Source of the DNA: Octopus vulgaris
Taxonomy: Eukaryota
Length of the DNA: 64,000 bases
Assembly: GCA_951406725.2 (NCBI GenBank)
Contig: OX597842.1
Location: 16,616,001-16,680,000 of the forward strand
Direction of reading: 5' to 3'
Both the position numbers and the translations under genes were made by a program. Shown here piece by piece: positions 25,265 to 40,200 of the stretch (position 1 is the stretch's first letter; every line of letters begins with the position of its first letter). The notes beneath the pieces were generated by a model, which was not told the origin of the DNA, did no database searches, and saw nothing but the letters and a program-made list of their open reading frames with translations.

Positions 25265-26476
25265 CCTTCTATCAATAAATGTTCTAATATCTACACAGCC
25301 TTGGTTTTTTATCTCATTATGCAAAAAATTCTTATATAAATTAATTTGTTACTTAGCATTGGCGTAGGAGTGGCTGTGTGGTAAGTAGCTTGCTAACCAA
25401 CCACATGGTTCCGGGTTCAGTTCCACTGCGTGGCACCTTGGGCAAGTATCTTCTACTATAGCCTCGGGCCGACCAAAGCCTTGTGAGTGGATTTGGTAGA
25501 TGGAAACTGAAAGAAGCCCGTCATATATCTTAATCTTATTTCGGCCAGAGTTCTTTCGTCACACTCCTGTGACCGCATCAATGGTCCTTTGCTTTCTTCT
25601 TTCTTATTTGAAAATACAAAATGGCTGACCGTTAGTAAGGAGAGACACACAAACGACCAGACTTCATCATCATCATCATCGTTTAACGTCCGCTTTCCAT
25701 GCTAGCATGGGTTGGACGGTTCAACTGGGGTCTGGGAAGGCAGAAGGTTGCACCAGGCACAGTCTGGTCTGACAGTGTTTCTACGGCTGGATGCCCTTCC
25801 TAACGCCAACCACTCCGTGAGTGTAGTGGGTGCTTTTACGTGCCACCTGACACAAGTGCCAGGGGAGGCTGGCAAACGTCCACAATCGGATGGTGCTTTT
25901 TATGTACCACAGGCACGGAGGCCAGGCGAGGCTGGCAACGGCCCCAATCGGATGGTGCTTTTTGCACGTGCCACTGGCACAGAGGCCGTGCCCAGCTAAG
26001 GCTGGCAACGGCCACAATTGGATGGTGCTTTTTACATGCCACCAGCATGGAGGCCAGTCGGGGCGGCGCTGACAACGGCCACATTCGGATGGTTCTCTTA
26101 CATGCCCCAGAAATCTACATGTCTGTCTACGAGTGTTTGGGAATCAGCAATCGCATTCACAAGTGATGGTGTGAGTGATTCAGAAAACGATTATAATAAT
26201 AATATTTTTTATTCTAAATGATCTCGGCATTCCTTTTACTTTACATAATATATTCTTTACATTCTACTCTTTACTCTTTTACTCTTTTACTTGTTTCAGT
26301 CATTTGACTGCGGCCATGCTGGAGCACCGCCTTTAGTCGAGCAACTCGACCCCAGGACTTATTCTTTGTAAGCCTAGTGCTTATTCTATCGGTCTCTTTT
26401 GCCGAACCGCTAAGTGACGGGGACATAAACACACCAGCATCGGTTGTCATGCAATGCTAGGGGGACAAACACAAAC

Positions 26477-26507
<31 letters not shown>

Positions 26508-27043
26508 CGACAGGCTTCTTTTCAGTTTCCATCTACCAGATCCACTCACAAAGCTTGCCCAAGATACCATGCAGTGGGACTGAACCCGGAACCATGTGGT
26601 TGGTAAGCAAGCTACTTACCACACAGCCACTCCTGCGCCTATATATATATAAGAGACTAAATTGGATGTACACTGCTATATGTTTTATATATAAAAAGTA
26701 CAAAATGGAACAAGAACGCAAAACATCCAGACAGTTAGGGGATACAAAAAGGGACAACAAAACATCCAGGTAGATGATACAAAGAAAACAAGGATGGCTC
26801 TTTTGGAGCTTTCTTTCCTGGTGATTCAAAAGTCACTGTACATAAGAACAATTTATTTATTCATAAGAAGCAGTTTTTTTTTTAACTGTTTCTTATAAAA
26901 AAAAAAATTTTCCTATTATGGTGACTTTTGAATCACCCTGTATATCTATACACACACACACACACACACAATGTGACCGCGTGTGTACCGTTGGCGATTT
27001 TTTTTTCCTCCGTCTTCCCTTCTCTGGATCTTCCTTCTCTTAT

Positions 27044-27078
27044 GTTTCCGACGAAGAGCTCCGCTCGAAACGTAAAAC
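27044..27078 (+). ncRNA. Minimal type-I hammerhead-ribozyme-like motif in a Penelope-like fragment (~26972-27162)
   Basis: GTTT-CCGACGA-a-GAGC-tcc-GCTC-GAAA-CG-TA-AAAC; the fragment lies between (CA)n and (TA)n tracts. Confidence 0.55.
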
Positions 27079-27937
27079 CCTCCTTCTTCCCTTCCTTCCT
27101 GAGTGTCCAATAATACTATATTTGTTCCACGTCCTCCCGTTGCTGTGTTTTCATGTTTGGATTATATATATATATATATATATATAGTGGAGGCGCAATG
27201 GCACAGTGGTTAGGGCAGCGGACTCGTGGTCGTAGGGTCGTGGTTTCGATTCCCAGACCGGGCGTTGTGAGTGTTTATTGAGCGGAAACACCTAAAACCT
27301 CCACGAGGCTCCGGCAGGGGATGGTGGTGATCCCTGCTGTACTCTTTCACCACAACTTTCTCTCACTCTTACTTCCTGTTTCTGTTGTACCTGTATTTCA
27401 AAGGGCCGGCCTTGTCACTCTCTGCGTCATGCTGAATATCCCCGAGAACTACGTTTAAGGGTACTACACGTGTCTGTGGAGTGCTCAGCCACTTACACGT
27501 TAATTTCACAAGCAGGCTGTTCCGTTGATTCGGATCAACCGGAACCCTCGTCGTCGTAACCGACGGAGCGCTTCCATATCATCATCATCATCATCGTTTA
27601 ACGTCCGTTTTCCGCGCTAGCACGGGTTGGACGGTTTGACCGGGGTCTGGGAAGCCAGAGGCCTCTCCAGGCTCCAGTCTGATCTTGCAGAGTTTCTACG
27701 GCTGGATGCCCTTCCTAACGCCAACCACTCCGCGAGTGGATTGGGTGCTTTTACGTGCCACCTGCACAGAGGCCGGGGGGGTCCGGCATTGGTCACGATC
27801 GGTTCGAGCTTTTCTAGAGCTGAGTTGGGGGGGGGTCTAGCTGAGAAAGGTTCCACCAGTGGAAAGAGAGGGAGAGATAGTGGGGGGTGCAGGTAATATA
27901 TATATATATATATGTATAGGAGCACTCCGTCGGTTAT

Positions 27938-28200
27938 AAATAATGTAATAATAATAATGAAATTATTGTATACAGTGCTCAGGTGCACCACAACTTGTCA
28001 GAAAGTATGTATAAAGAACATGCAGTAATGTACAAATGTCTGGAAAGTGAACAGTGTATGAGCCAGATACATGCTTGTGTGTGTATGGAGGGGAGAAAAT
28101 CAGGTGTAGTGTTGGCGAATCTCAGGAAGCATGGAAGGTTTGAAGGATGCAGTGCTCCGACAACTAACAACTGATGCCGGCAGTTTGTTCCATGCTTCAG
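27938..28200 (-). mobile_element. 3' end of a CR1/L2-type LINE: ORF2 C-terminus, 3' UTR and (ATT)n tail
   Basis: On -: AEAWNKLPASVVSCRSTASFKPSMLPEIRQHYT-stop, then unique UTR with a GTGCacctgaGCAC stem-loop and an ATTATTATT tail. Confidence 0.75.
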
Positions 28201-31200
28201 CGTGTGTATGGAGGGGAGAAAATCAGGTGTAGTGTTGGCGAATCTCAGGAAGTATGGAAGTTTTGAAGGATGCAGTGCTCCAACAACTAACAACTGATGC
28301 CGGCAGTTTGTTCCATGCTTCAGCGTGTGTATGGAGGGGAGAAAATCAGGTGTAGTGTTGGTGAATCTCAGGAAGCATGGAAGTTTTGAAGGATGCAGTG
28401 CTCCAACAACTAACAACTGATGCCGGCAGTTTGTTCCATGCTTCAGCGTGTGTATGGAGGGGAGAAAATCAGGTGTAGTGTTGGTGAATCTCAGGAAGTA
28501 TGGAAGTTTTGAAGGATGCAGTGCTCCAACAACTAACAACTGATGCCGGCAGTTTGTTCCATGCTTCAGCTTGTGTTTGGAGGGGAGAAAATCAGGTGTA
28601 GTGTTGGTGAATCTCAGGAAGTATGGAAGTTTTGAAGGATGCAGTGCTCCAACAACTAACAACTGATGCCGGCAGTTTGTTCCATGCTTCAGCTTGTGTA
28701 TGGAGGGGAGAAAATCAGGTGTAGTGTTGGCGAATCTCAGGAAGCATGGAAGTTTTGAAGGATGCAGTGCTCCAACAACTAACAACTAATGCCGGCAGTT
28801 TGTTCCATGCTTCAGCTTGTGTATGGAGGGAGAAAATCAGGTGTAGTGTTGGCGAATCTCAGGAAGCATGGAAGTTTTGAAGGATGCAGTGCTCCAACAA
28901 CTAACAACTGATGCCGGCAGCTTGTTCCATGCTTCAGCTTGTGTATGGAGGGGAGAAAATCAGGTGTAGTGTTGGCGAATCTCAGGAAGCATGGAAGTTT
29001 TGAAGGATGCAGTGCTCCAACAACTAACAACTGATGCCGGCAGTTTGTTCCATGCTTCAGCTTGTGTATGGAGGGGAGAAAATCAGGTGTAGTGTTGGCG
29101 AATCTCAGGAAGCATGGAAGTTTTGAAGGATGCAGTGCTCCGACAACTAACAACTGATGCCGGCAGTTTGTTCCATGCTTCAGCTTGTGTATGGAGGGGA
29201 GAAAATCAGGTGTAGTGTTGGCGAATCTCAGGAAGCATGGAAGTTTTGAAGGATGCAGTGCTCCGACAACTAACAACTGATGCCGGCAGTTTGTTCCATG
29301 CTTCAGCTTGTGTATGGAGGGAGAAAATCAGGTGTAGTGTTGGCGAATCTCAGGAAGCATGGAAGTTTTGAAGGATGCAGTGCTCCGACAACTAACAACT
29401 GATGCCGGCAGCTTGTTCCATGCTTCAGCTTGTGTATGGAGGGGAGAAAATCAGGTGTAGTGTTGGCGAATCTCAGGAAGCATGGAAGTTTTGAAGGATG
29501 CAGTGCTCCAACAACTAACAACTGATGCCGGCAGCTTGTTCCATGCTTCAGCTTGTGTATGGAGGGGAGAAAATCAGGTGTAGTGTTGGCGAATCTCAGG
29601 AAGCATGGAAGTTTTGAAGGATGCAGTGCTCCGACAACTAACAACTGATGCCGGCAGTTTGTTCCATGCTTTAGCTTGTGTATGGAGGGGAGAAAATCAG
29701 GTGTAGTGTTGGCGAATCTCAGGAAGTATGGAAGTTTTGAAGGATGCAGTGCTCCAACAACTAACAACTGATGCCGGCAGTTTGTTCCATGCTTCAGCTT
29801 GTGTATGGAGGGGAGAAAATCAGGTGTAGTGTTGGCGAATCTCAGGAAGCATGGAAGTTTTGAAGGATGCAGTGCTCCGACAACTAACAACTGATGCCGG
29901 CAGTTTGTTCCATGCTTCAGCTTGTGTATGGAGGGGAGAAAATCAGGTGTAGTGTTGGCGAATCTCAGGAAGCATGGAAGTTTTGAAGGATGCAGTGCTC
30001 CAACAACTAACAACTGATGCCGGCAGTTTGTTCCATGCTTCAATTTGTGTATGGAGGGGAGAAAATCAGGTGTAGTGTTGGCGAATCTCAGGAAGCATGG
30101 AAGTTTTGAAGGATGCAGTGCTCCAACAACTAACAACTGATGCCGGCAGTTTGTTCCATGCTTCAGCTTGTGTATGGAGGGGAGAAAATCAGGTGTAGTG
30201 TTGGCGAATCTCAGGAAGCATGGAAGTTTTGAAGGATGCAGTGCTCCAACAACTAACAACTGATGCCGGCAGTTGTTCCATGCTTCAGCTTGTGTATGGA
30301 GGGAGAAAATCAGGTGTAGTGTTGGCGAATCTCAGGAAGCATGGAAGTTTTGAAGGATGCAGTGCTCCAACAACTAACAACTGATGCCGGCAGTTTGTTC
30401 CATGCTTCAGCTTGTGTATGGAGGAGAAAATCAGGTGTAGTGTTGGCGAATCTCAGGAAGCATGGAAGTTTTGAAGGATGCAGTGCTCCAACAACTAACA
30501 ACTGATGCCGGCAGTTTGTTCCATGCTTCAGCTTGTGTATGGAGGGGAGAAAATCAGGTGTAGTGTTGGCGAATCTCAGGAAGCATGGAAGTTTTGAAGG
30601 ATGCAGTGCTCCAACAACTAACAACTGATGCCGGCAGTTTGTTCCATGCTTCAGCTTGTGTATGGAGGGGAGAAAATCAGGTGTAGTGTTGGCGAATCTC
30701 AGGAAGCATGGAAGTTTTGAAGGATGCAGTGCTCCAACAACTAACAACTGATGCCGGCAGCTTGTTCCATGCTTCAGCTTGTGTATGGAGGGGAGAAAAT
30801 CAGGTGTAGTGTTGGCGAATCTCAGGAAGCATGGAAGTTTTGAAGGATGCAGTGCTCCAACAACTAACAACTGATGCCGGCAGCTTGTTCCATGCTTCAG
30901 CTTGTGTATGGAGGGGAGAAAATCAGGTGTAGTGTTGGCGAATCTCAGGAAGCATGGAAGTTTTGAAGGATGCAGTGCTCCAACAACTAACAACTGATGC
31001 CGGCAGTTGTTCCATGCTTCAGCTTGTGTATGGAGGGGAGAAAATCAGGTGTAGTGTTGGCGAATCTCAGGAAGCATGGAAGTTTTGAAGGATGCAGTGC
31101 TCCAACAACTAACAACTGATGCCGGCAGTTTGTTCCATGCTTCAGCTTGTGTATGGAGGGGAGAAAATCAGGTGTAGTGTTGGCGAATCTCAGGAAGCAT

Positions 31201-34200
31201 GGAAGTTTTGAAGGATGCAGTGCTCCAACAACTAACAACTGATGCCGGCAGCTTGTTCCATGCTTCAGCTTGTGTATGGAGGAGAAAATCAGGTGTAGTG
31301 TTGGCGAATCTCAGGAAGCATGGAAGTTTTGAAGGATGCAGTGCTCCAACAACTAACAACTGATGCCGGCAGTTTGTTCCATGCTTCAGCTTGTGTATGG
31401 AGGGGAGAAAATCAGGTGTAGTGTTGGCGAATCTCAGGAAGCATGGAAGTTTTGAAGGATGCAGTGCTCCGACAACTAACAACTGATGCCGGCAGCTTGT
31501 TCCATGCTTCAGCTTGTGTATGGAGGGGAGAAAATCAGGTGTAGTGTTGGCGAATCTCAGGAAGTATGGAAGTTTTGAAGGATGCAGTGCTCCAACAACT
31601 AACAACTGATGCCGGCAGTTTGTTCCATGCTTCAGCTTGTGTATGGAGGGGAGAAAATCAGGTGTAGTGTTGGCGAATCTCAGGAAGCATGGAAGTTTTG
31701 AAGGATGCAGTGCTCCAACAACTAACAACTGATGCCGGCAGTTTGTTCCATGCTTCAGCTTGTGTATGGAGGGAGAAAATCAGGTGTAGTGTTGGCGAAT
31801 CTCAGGAAGCATGGAAGTTTTGAAGGATGCAGTGCTCCGACAACTAACAACTGATGCCGGCAGCTTGTTCCATGCTTCAGCTTGTGTATGGAGGGGAGAA
31901 AATCAGGTGTAGTGTTGGCGAATCTCAGGAAGCATGGAAGTTTTGAAGGATGCAGTGCTCCAACAACTAACAACTGATGCCGGCAGTTTGTTCCATGCTT
32001 CAGCTTGTGTATGGAGGGGAGAAAATCAGGTGTAGTGTTGGCGAATCTCAGGAAGCATGGAAGTTTTGAAGGATGCAGTGCTCCAACAACTAACAACTGA
32101 TGCCGGCAGCTTGTTCCATGCTTCAGCTTGTGTATGGAGGGGAGAAAATCAGGTGTAGTGTTGGCGAATCTCAGGAAGCATGGAAGTTTTGAAGGATGCA
32201 GTGCTCCAACAACTAACAACTGATGCCGGCAGCTTGTTCCATGCTTCAGCTTGTGTATGGAGGGGAGAAAATCAGGTGTAGTGTTGGCGAATCTCAGGAA
32301 GCATTGAAGTTTTGAAGGATGCAGTGCTCCAACAACTAACAACTGATGCCGGCAGTTTGTTCCATGCTTCAGCTTGTGTATGGAGGGGAGAAAATCAGGT
32401 GTAGTGTTGGCGAATCTCAGGAAGCATGGAAGTTTTGAAGGATGCAGTGCTCCAACAACTAACAACTGATGCCGGCAGCTTGTTCCATGCTTCAGCTTGT
32501 GTATGGAGGGGAGAAAATCAGGTGTAGTGTTGGCGAATCTCAGGAAGCATGGAAGTTTTGAAGGATGCAGTGCTCCAACAACTAACAACTGATGCCGGCA
32601 GCTTGTTCCATGCTTCAGCTTGTGTATGGAGGGGAGAAAATCAGGTGTAGTGTTGGCGAATCTCAGGAAGCATGGAAGTTTTGAAGGATGCAGTGCTCCG
32701 ACAACTAACAACTGATGCCGGCAGTTTGTTCCATGCTTCAGCTTGTGTATGGAGGGGAGAAAATCAGGTGTAGTGTTGGCGAATCTCAGGAAGCATGGAA
32801 GTTTTGAAGGATGCAGTGCTCCGACAACTAACAACTGATGCCGGCAGTTTGTTCCATGGTTCAGCTTGTGTATGGGGGGGAGAAAATCAGGTGTAGTGTT
32901 GGCGAATCTCAGGAAGCATGGAAGTTTTGAAGGATGCAGTGCTCCGACAACTAACAACTGATGCCGGCAGTTTGTTCCATGTTTCAGCTTGTGTATGGAG
33001 GGGAGAAAATCAGGTGTAGTGTTGGCGAATCTCAGGAAGCATGGAAGTTTTGAAGGATGCAGTGCTCCAACAACTAACAACTGATGCCGGCAGTTTGTTC
33101 CATGCTTCAGCTTGTGTATGGAGGGGAGAAAATCAGGTGTAGTGTTGGCGAATCTCAGGAAGCATGGAAGTTTTGAAGGATGCAGTGCTCCAACAACTAA
33201 CAACTGATGCCAGCAGCTTGTTCCATGCTTCAGCTTGTGTATGGAGGGGAGAAAATCAGGTGTAGTGTTGGCGAATCTCAGGAAGCATGGAAGTTTTGAA
33301 GGATGCAGTGCTCCAACAACTAACAACTGATGCCGGCAGTTTGTTCCATGCTTCAGCTTGTGTATGGAGGAGAGAAAATCAGGTGTAGTGTTAGCGAATC
33401 TCAGAAAGCATGGAAGTTTTGAAGGATGCAGTGCTCAGACAACTAACAACTGATGCCGGCAGTTTGTTCCATGCTTCAGCTTGTGTATGGAGGGAGAAAA
33501 TCAGGTGTAGTGTTGGCGAATCTCAGGAAGCATGGAAGTTTTGAAGGATGCAGTGCTCCAACAACTAACAACTGATGCCAGCAGCTTGTTCCATGCTTCA
33601 GCTTGTGTATGGAGGGGAGAAAATCAGGTGTTGTGTTGGCGAATCTCAGGAAGCATGGAAGTTTTGAAGGATGCAGTGCTCCAACAACTAACAACTGATG
33701 CCGGCAGTTTGTTCCATGCTTCAGCTTGTGTATGGAGGGGAGAAAATCAGGTGTAGTGTTGGCGAATCTCAGGAAGCATGGAAGTTTTGAAGGATGCAGT
33801 GCTCCAACAACTAACAACTGATGCCGGCAGTTTGTTCCATGCTTCAGCTTGTGTATGGAGGGGAGAAAATCAGGTGTAGTGTTGGCGAATCTCAGGAAGC
33901 ATGGAAGTTTTGAAGGATGCAGTGCTCCAACAACTAACAACTGATGCCGGCAGTTTGTTCCATGCTTCAGCTTGTGTATGGAGGGGGAGAAAATCAGGTG
34001 TAGTGTTGGCGAATCTCAGGAAGCATGGAAGTTTTGAAGGATGCAGTGCTCCAACAACTAACAACTGATGCCGGCAGTTTGTTCCATGCTTCAGCTTGTG
34101 TATGGAGGGGAGAAAATCAGGTGTAGTGTTGGCGAATCTCAGGAAGCATGGAAGTTTTGAAGGATGTAGTGCTCCGACAACTAACAACTGATGCCAGCAG

Positions 34201-37200
34201 CTTGTTCCATGCTTCAGCTTGTGTATGGAGGGGAGAAAATCAGGTGTAGTGTTGGCGAATCTCAGGAAGCATGGAAGTTTTGAAGGATGCAGTGCTCCAA
34301 CAACTAACAACTGATGCCGGCAGCTTGTTCCATGCTTCAGCTTGTGTATGGAGGGGAGAAAATCAGGTGTAGTGTTGGCGAATCTCAGGAAGCATGGAAG
34401 TTTTGAAGGATGCAGTGCTCCAACAACTAACAACTGATGCCGGCAGTTTGTTCCATGCTTCAGCTTGTGTATGGAGGGGAGGAAATCAGGTGTAGTGTTG
34501 GCGAATCTCAGGAAGCATGGAAGTTTTGAAGGATGCAGTGCTGCAACAACTAACAACTGATGCCGGCAGTTTGTTCCATGCTTGCTTGTGTATGGAGGGG
34601 AGGAAATCAGGTGTAGTGTTGGTGAATCTCAGGAAGCATGGAAGTTTTGAAGGATGCAGTGCTCCAACAACTAACAACTGATGCCGGCAGTTTGTTCCAT
34701 GCTTCAGCTTGTGTATGGAGGGGAGGAAATTAGGTGTAGTGTTGGCGAATCTCAGGAAGCATGGAAGTTTTGAAGGATGCAGTGCTCCAACAACTAACAA
34801 CTGATGCCGGCAGTTTGTTCCATGCTTCAGCTTGTGTATGGAGGGGAGAAAATTCAGGTGTAGTGTTGGCGAATCTCAGGAAGCATGGAAGTTTTGAAGG
34901 ATGCAGTGCTCCAACAACTAACAACTGATGCCGGCAGTTTGTTCCATGCTTCAGCTTGTGTATGGAGGGGAGAAAATCAGGTGTAGTGTTGGCGAATCTC
35001 AGGAAGCATGGAAGTTTTGAAGGATGCAGTGCTCCAACAACTAACAACTGATGCCGGCAGTTTGTTCCATGCTTCAGCTTGTGTATGGAGGGGAGAAAAT
35101 TAGGTGTAGTGTTGGCGAATCTCAGGAAGCATGGAAGTTTTGAAGGATGCAGTGCTCCAACAACTAACAACTGATGCCGGCAGTTTGTTCCATGCTTCAG
35201 CCTGTGTATGGAGGGGAGAAAATTAGGTGTAGTGTTGGCGAATCTCAGGAAGCATGGAAGTTTTGAAGGATGCAGTGCTCCAACAACTAACAACTGATGC
35301 CGGCAGCTTGTTCCATGCTTCAGCTTGTGTATGGAGGGAGAAAATCAGGTGTAGTGTTGGCGAATCTCAGGAAGCATGGAAGTTTTGAAGGATGCAGTGC
35401 TCCAACAACTAACAACTGATGCCGGCAGTTTGTTCCATGCTTCAGCTTGTGTATTGAGGGGAGAAAATCAGGTGTAGTGTTGGCGAATCTCAGGAAGCAT
35501 GGAAGTTTTGAAGGATGCAGTGCTCCAACAACTAACAACTGATGCCGGCAGCTTGTTCCATGCTTCAGCTTGTGTATGGAGGGGAGAAAATCAGGTGTAG
35601 TGTTGGCGAATCTCAGGAAGCATGGAAGTTTTGAAGGATGCAGTGCTCCAACAACTAACAACTGATGCCGGCAGCTTGTTCCATGCTTCAGCTTGTGTAT
35701 GGAGGGGAGAAAATCAGGTGTAGTGTTGGCGAATCTCAGGAAGCATGGAAGTTTTGAAGGATGCAGTGCTCCAACAACTAACAACTGATGCCGGCAGCTT
35801 GTTCCATGCTTCAGCTTGTGTATGGAGGGGAGAAAATCAGGTGTAGTGTTGGCGAATCTCAGGAAGCATGGAAGTTTTGAAGGATGCAGTGCTCCGACAA
35901 CTAACAACTGATGCCGGCAGTTTGTTCCATGCTTCAGCTTGTGTATGGAGAGGAGAAAATCAGGTGTAGTGTTGGCGAATCTCAGGAAGCATGGAAGTTT
36001 TGAAGGATGCAGTGCTCCAACAACTAACAACTGATGCCAGCAGCTTGTTCCATGCTTCAGCTTGTGTATGGAGGGGAGAAAATCAGGTGTAGTGTTGGCG
36101 AATCTCAGGAAGCATGGAAGTTTTGAAGGATGCAGTGCTCCGACACAACTAACAACTGATGCCGGCAGTTTGTTCCATGCTTCAGCTTGTGTATGGAGGG
36201 GAGAAAATCAGGTGTAGTGTTGGCGAATCTCAGGAAGCATGGAAGTTTTGAAGGATGCAGTGCTCCAACAACTAACAACTGATGCCGGCAGTTTGTTCCA
36301 TGCTTCAGCTTGTGTATGGAGGGAGAAAATCAGGTGTAGTGTTGGCGAATCTCAGGAAGTATGGAAGTTTTGAAGGATGCAGTGCTCCAACAACTAACAA
36401 CTGATGCCGGCAGTTTGTTCCATGCTTCAGCTTGTGTATGGAGGGGAGAAAATCAGGTGTAGTGTTGGCGAATCTCAGGAAGCATGGAAGTTTTGAAGGA
36501 TGCAGTGCTCCAACAACTAACAACTGATGCCGGCAGCTTGTGTATGGAGGGGAGAAAATCAGGTGTAGTGTTGGCGAATCTCAGGAAGTATGGAAGTTTT
36601 GAAGGATGCAGTGCTCCAACAACTAACAACTGATGCCGGCAGTTTGTTCCATGCTTCAGCTTGTGTATGGAGGGGAGAAAATCAGGTGTAGTGTTGGCGA
36701 ATCTCAGGAAGCATGGAAGTTTTGAAGGATGCAGTGCTCCAACAACTAACAACTGATGCCGGCAGTTTGTTCCATGCTTCAGCTTGTGTATGGAGGGGAG
36801 AAAATCAGGTGTAGTGTTGGCGAATCTCAGGAAGCATGGAAGTTTTGAAGGATGCAGTGCTCCAACAACTAACAACTGATGCCGGCAGTTTGTTCCATGC
36901 TTCAGCTTGTGTATGGAGGGGAGAAAATCAGGTGTAGTGTTGGCGAATCTCAGGAAGCATGGAAGTTTTGAAGGATGCAGTGCTCCAACAACTAACAACT
37001 GATGCCGGCAGTTTGTTCCATGCTTCAGCTTGTGTATTGAGGGGAGAAAATCAGGTGTAGTGTTGGCGAATCTCAGGAAGCATGGAAGTTTTGAAGGATG
37101 CAGTGCTCCAACAACTAACAACTGATGCCGGCAGTTTGTTCCATGCTTCAGCTTGTGTATGGAGGGGAGAAAATCAGGTGTAGTGTTGGCGAATCTCAGG

Positions 37201-40200
37201 AAGCATGGAAGTTTTGAAGGATGCAGTGCTCCAACAACTAACAACTGATGCCGGCAGTTTGTTCCATGCTTCAGCTTGTGTATGGAGGGAGAAAATCAGG
37301 TGTAGTGTTGGCGAATCTCAGGAAGCATGGAAGTTTTGAAGGATGCAGTGCTCCAACAACTAACAACTGATGCCGGCAGTTTGTTCCATGCTTCAGCTTG
37401 TGTATGGAGGGGAGAAAATCAGGTGTAGTGTTGGCGAATCTCAGGAAGCATGGAAGTTTTGAAGGATGCAGTGCTCCAACAACTAACAACTGATGCCGGC
37501 AGTTTGTTCCATGCTTCAGCTTGTGTATGGAGGGGAGAAAATCAGGTGTAGTGTTGGCGGTGTAATCTCAGGAAGCATGGAAGTTTTGAAGGATGCAGTG
37601 CTCCAACAACTAACAACTGATGCCGGCAGTTTGTTCCATGCTTCAGCTTGTGTATGGAGGGGAGAAAATCAGGTGTAGTGTTGGCGAATCTCAGGAAGCA
37701 TGGAAGTTTTGAAGGATGCAGTGCTCCAACAACTAACAACTGATGCCGGCAGCTTGTTCCATGCTTCAGCTTGTGTATGGAGGGAGAGAAAATCAGGTGT
37801 AGTGTTGGCGAATCTCAGGAAGCATGGAAGTTTTGAAGGATGCAGTGCTCCAACAACTAACAACTGATGCCGGCAGTTTGTTCCATGCTTCAACCTTGTG
37901 TATGGAGGGGAGAAAATCAGGTGTAGTGTTGGCGAATCTCAGGAAGCATGGAAGTTTTGAAGGATGCAGTGCTCCAACAACTAACAACTGATGCCGGCAG
38001 TTTGTTCCATGCTTCAGCTTGTGTATGGAGGGAGAAAATCAGGTGTAGTGTTGGCGAATCTCAGGAAGCATGGAAGTTTTGAAGGATGCAGTGCTCCAAC
38101 AACTAACAACTGATGCCGGCAGTTTGTTCCATGCTTCAGCTTGTGTATGGAGGGAGAAAATCAGGTGTAGTGTTGGCGAATCTCAGGAAGCATGGAAGTT
38201 TTGAAGGATGCAGTGCTCCAACAACTAACAACTGATGCCGGCAGCTTGTTCCATGCTTCAGCTTGTGTATGGAGGGGAGAAAATCAGGTGTAGTGTTGGC
38301 GAATCTCAGGAAGCATGGAAGTTTTGAAGGATGCAGTGCTCCAACAACTAACAACTGATGCCGGCAGTTTGTTCCATGCTTCAGCTTGTGTATGGAGGGG
38401 AGAAAATCAGGTGTAGTGTTGGCGAATCTCAGGAAGCATGGAAGTTTTGAAGGATGCAGTGCTCCAACAACTAACAACTGATGCCGGCAGTTTGTTCCAT
38501 GCTTCAGCTTGTGTATGGAGGGGAGAAAATCAGGTGTAGTGTTGGCGAATCTCAGGAAGCATGGAAGTTTTGAAGGATGCAGTGCTCCAACAACTAACAA
38601 CTGATGCCGGCAGTTTGTTCCATGCTTCAGCTTGTGTATGGAGGGGAGAAAATCAGGTGTAGTGTTGGCGAATCTCAGGAAGCATGGAAGTTTTGAAGGA
38701 TGCAGTGCTCCAACAACTAACAACTGATGCCGGCAGTTTGTTCCATGCTTCAGCTTGTGTATGGAGGGGAGAAAATCAGGTGTAGTGTTGGCGAATCTCA
38801 GGAAGCATGGAAGTTTTGAAGGATGCAGTGCTCCAACAACTAACAACTGATGCCGGCAGCTTGTTCCATGCTTCAGCTTGTGTATGGAGGAGAAAATCAG
38901 GTGTAGTGTTGGCGAATCTCAGGAAGCATGGAAGTTTTGAAGGATGCAGTGCTCCAACAACTAACAACTGATGCCAGCAGTTTGTTCCATGCTTCAGCTT
39001 GTGTATGGAGGGAGAAAATCAGGTGTAGTGTTGGCGAATCTCAGGAAGCATGGAAGTTTTGAAGGATGCAGTGCTCCAACAACTAACAACTGATGCCGGC
39101 AGTTTGTTCCATGCTTCAGCTTGTGTATGGAGGGGAGAAAATCAGGTGTAGTGTTGGCGAATCTCAGGAAGCATGGAAGTTTTGAAGGATGCAGTGCTCC
39201 AACAACTAACAACTGATGCCGGCAGTTTGTTCCATGCTTCAGCTTGTGTATGGAGGGGAGAAAATCAGGTGTAGTGTTGGCGAATCTCAGGAAGCATGGA
39301 AGTTTTGAAGGATGCAGTGCTCCAACAACTAACAACTGATGCCGGCAGTTGTTCCATGCTTCAGCGTGTGTATGGAGGGGAGAAAATCAGGTGTAGTGTT
39401 GGCGAATCTCAGGAAGCATGGAAGTTTTGAAGGATGCAGTGCTCCAACAACTAACAACTGATGCCGGCAGTTTGTTCCATGCTTCAGCTTGTGTATGGAG
39501 GGAGAAAATCAGGTGTAGTGTTGGCGAATCTCAGGAAGCATGGAAGTTTTGAAGGATGCAGTGCTCCAACAACTAACAACTGATGCCGGCAGCTTGTTCC
39601 ATGCTTCAGCTTGTGTATGGAGGGAGAAAATCAGGTGTAGTGTTGGCGAATCTCAGGAAGCATGGAAGTTTTGAAGGATGCAGTGCTCCAACAACTAACA
39701 ACTGATGCCGGCAGCTTGTTCCATGCTTCAGCTTGTGTATGGATGGGAGAAAATTAGGTGTAGTGTTGGCGAATCTCAGGAAGCATGGAAGTTTTGAAGG
39801 ATGCAGTGCTCCAACAACTAACAACTGATGCCGGCAGCTTGTTCCATGCTTCAGCTTGTGTATGGAGGGGAGAAAATCAGGTGTAGTGTTGGCGAATCTC
39901 AGGAAGCATGGAAGTTTTGAAGGATGCAGTGCTCCAACAACTAACAACTGATGCCGGCAGCTTGTTCCATGCTTCAGCTTGTGTATGGAGGGGAGAAAAT
40001 CAGGTGTAGTGTTGGCGAATCTCAGGAAGCATGGAAGTTTTGAAGGATGCAGTGCTCCAACAACTAACAACTGATGCCGGCAGCTTGTTCCATGCTTCAG
40101 CTTGTGTATGGAGGGGAGAAAATCAGGTGTAGTGTTGGCGAATCTCAGGAAGCATGGAAGTTTTGAAGGATGCAGTGCTCCAACAACTAACAACTGATGC

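Noticed and set aside
27188-27275. tRNA genes at SINE heads (also 5800-5883, 43765-43840)
   Set aside because: A/B boxes are present but followed by SINE bodies in multiple dispersed copies; no convincing full cloverleaf.
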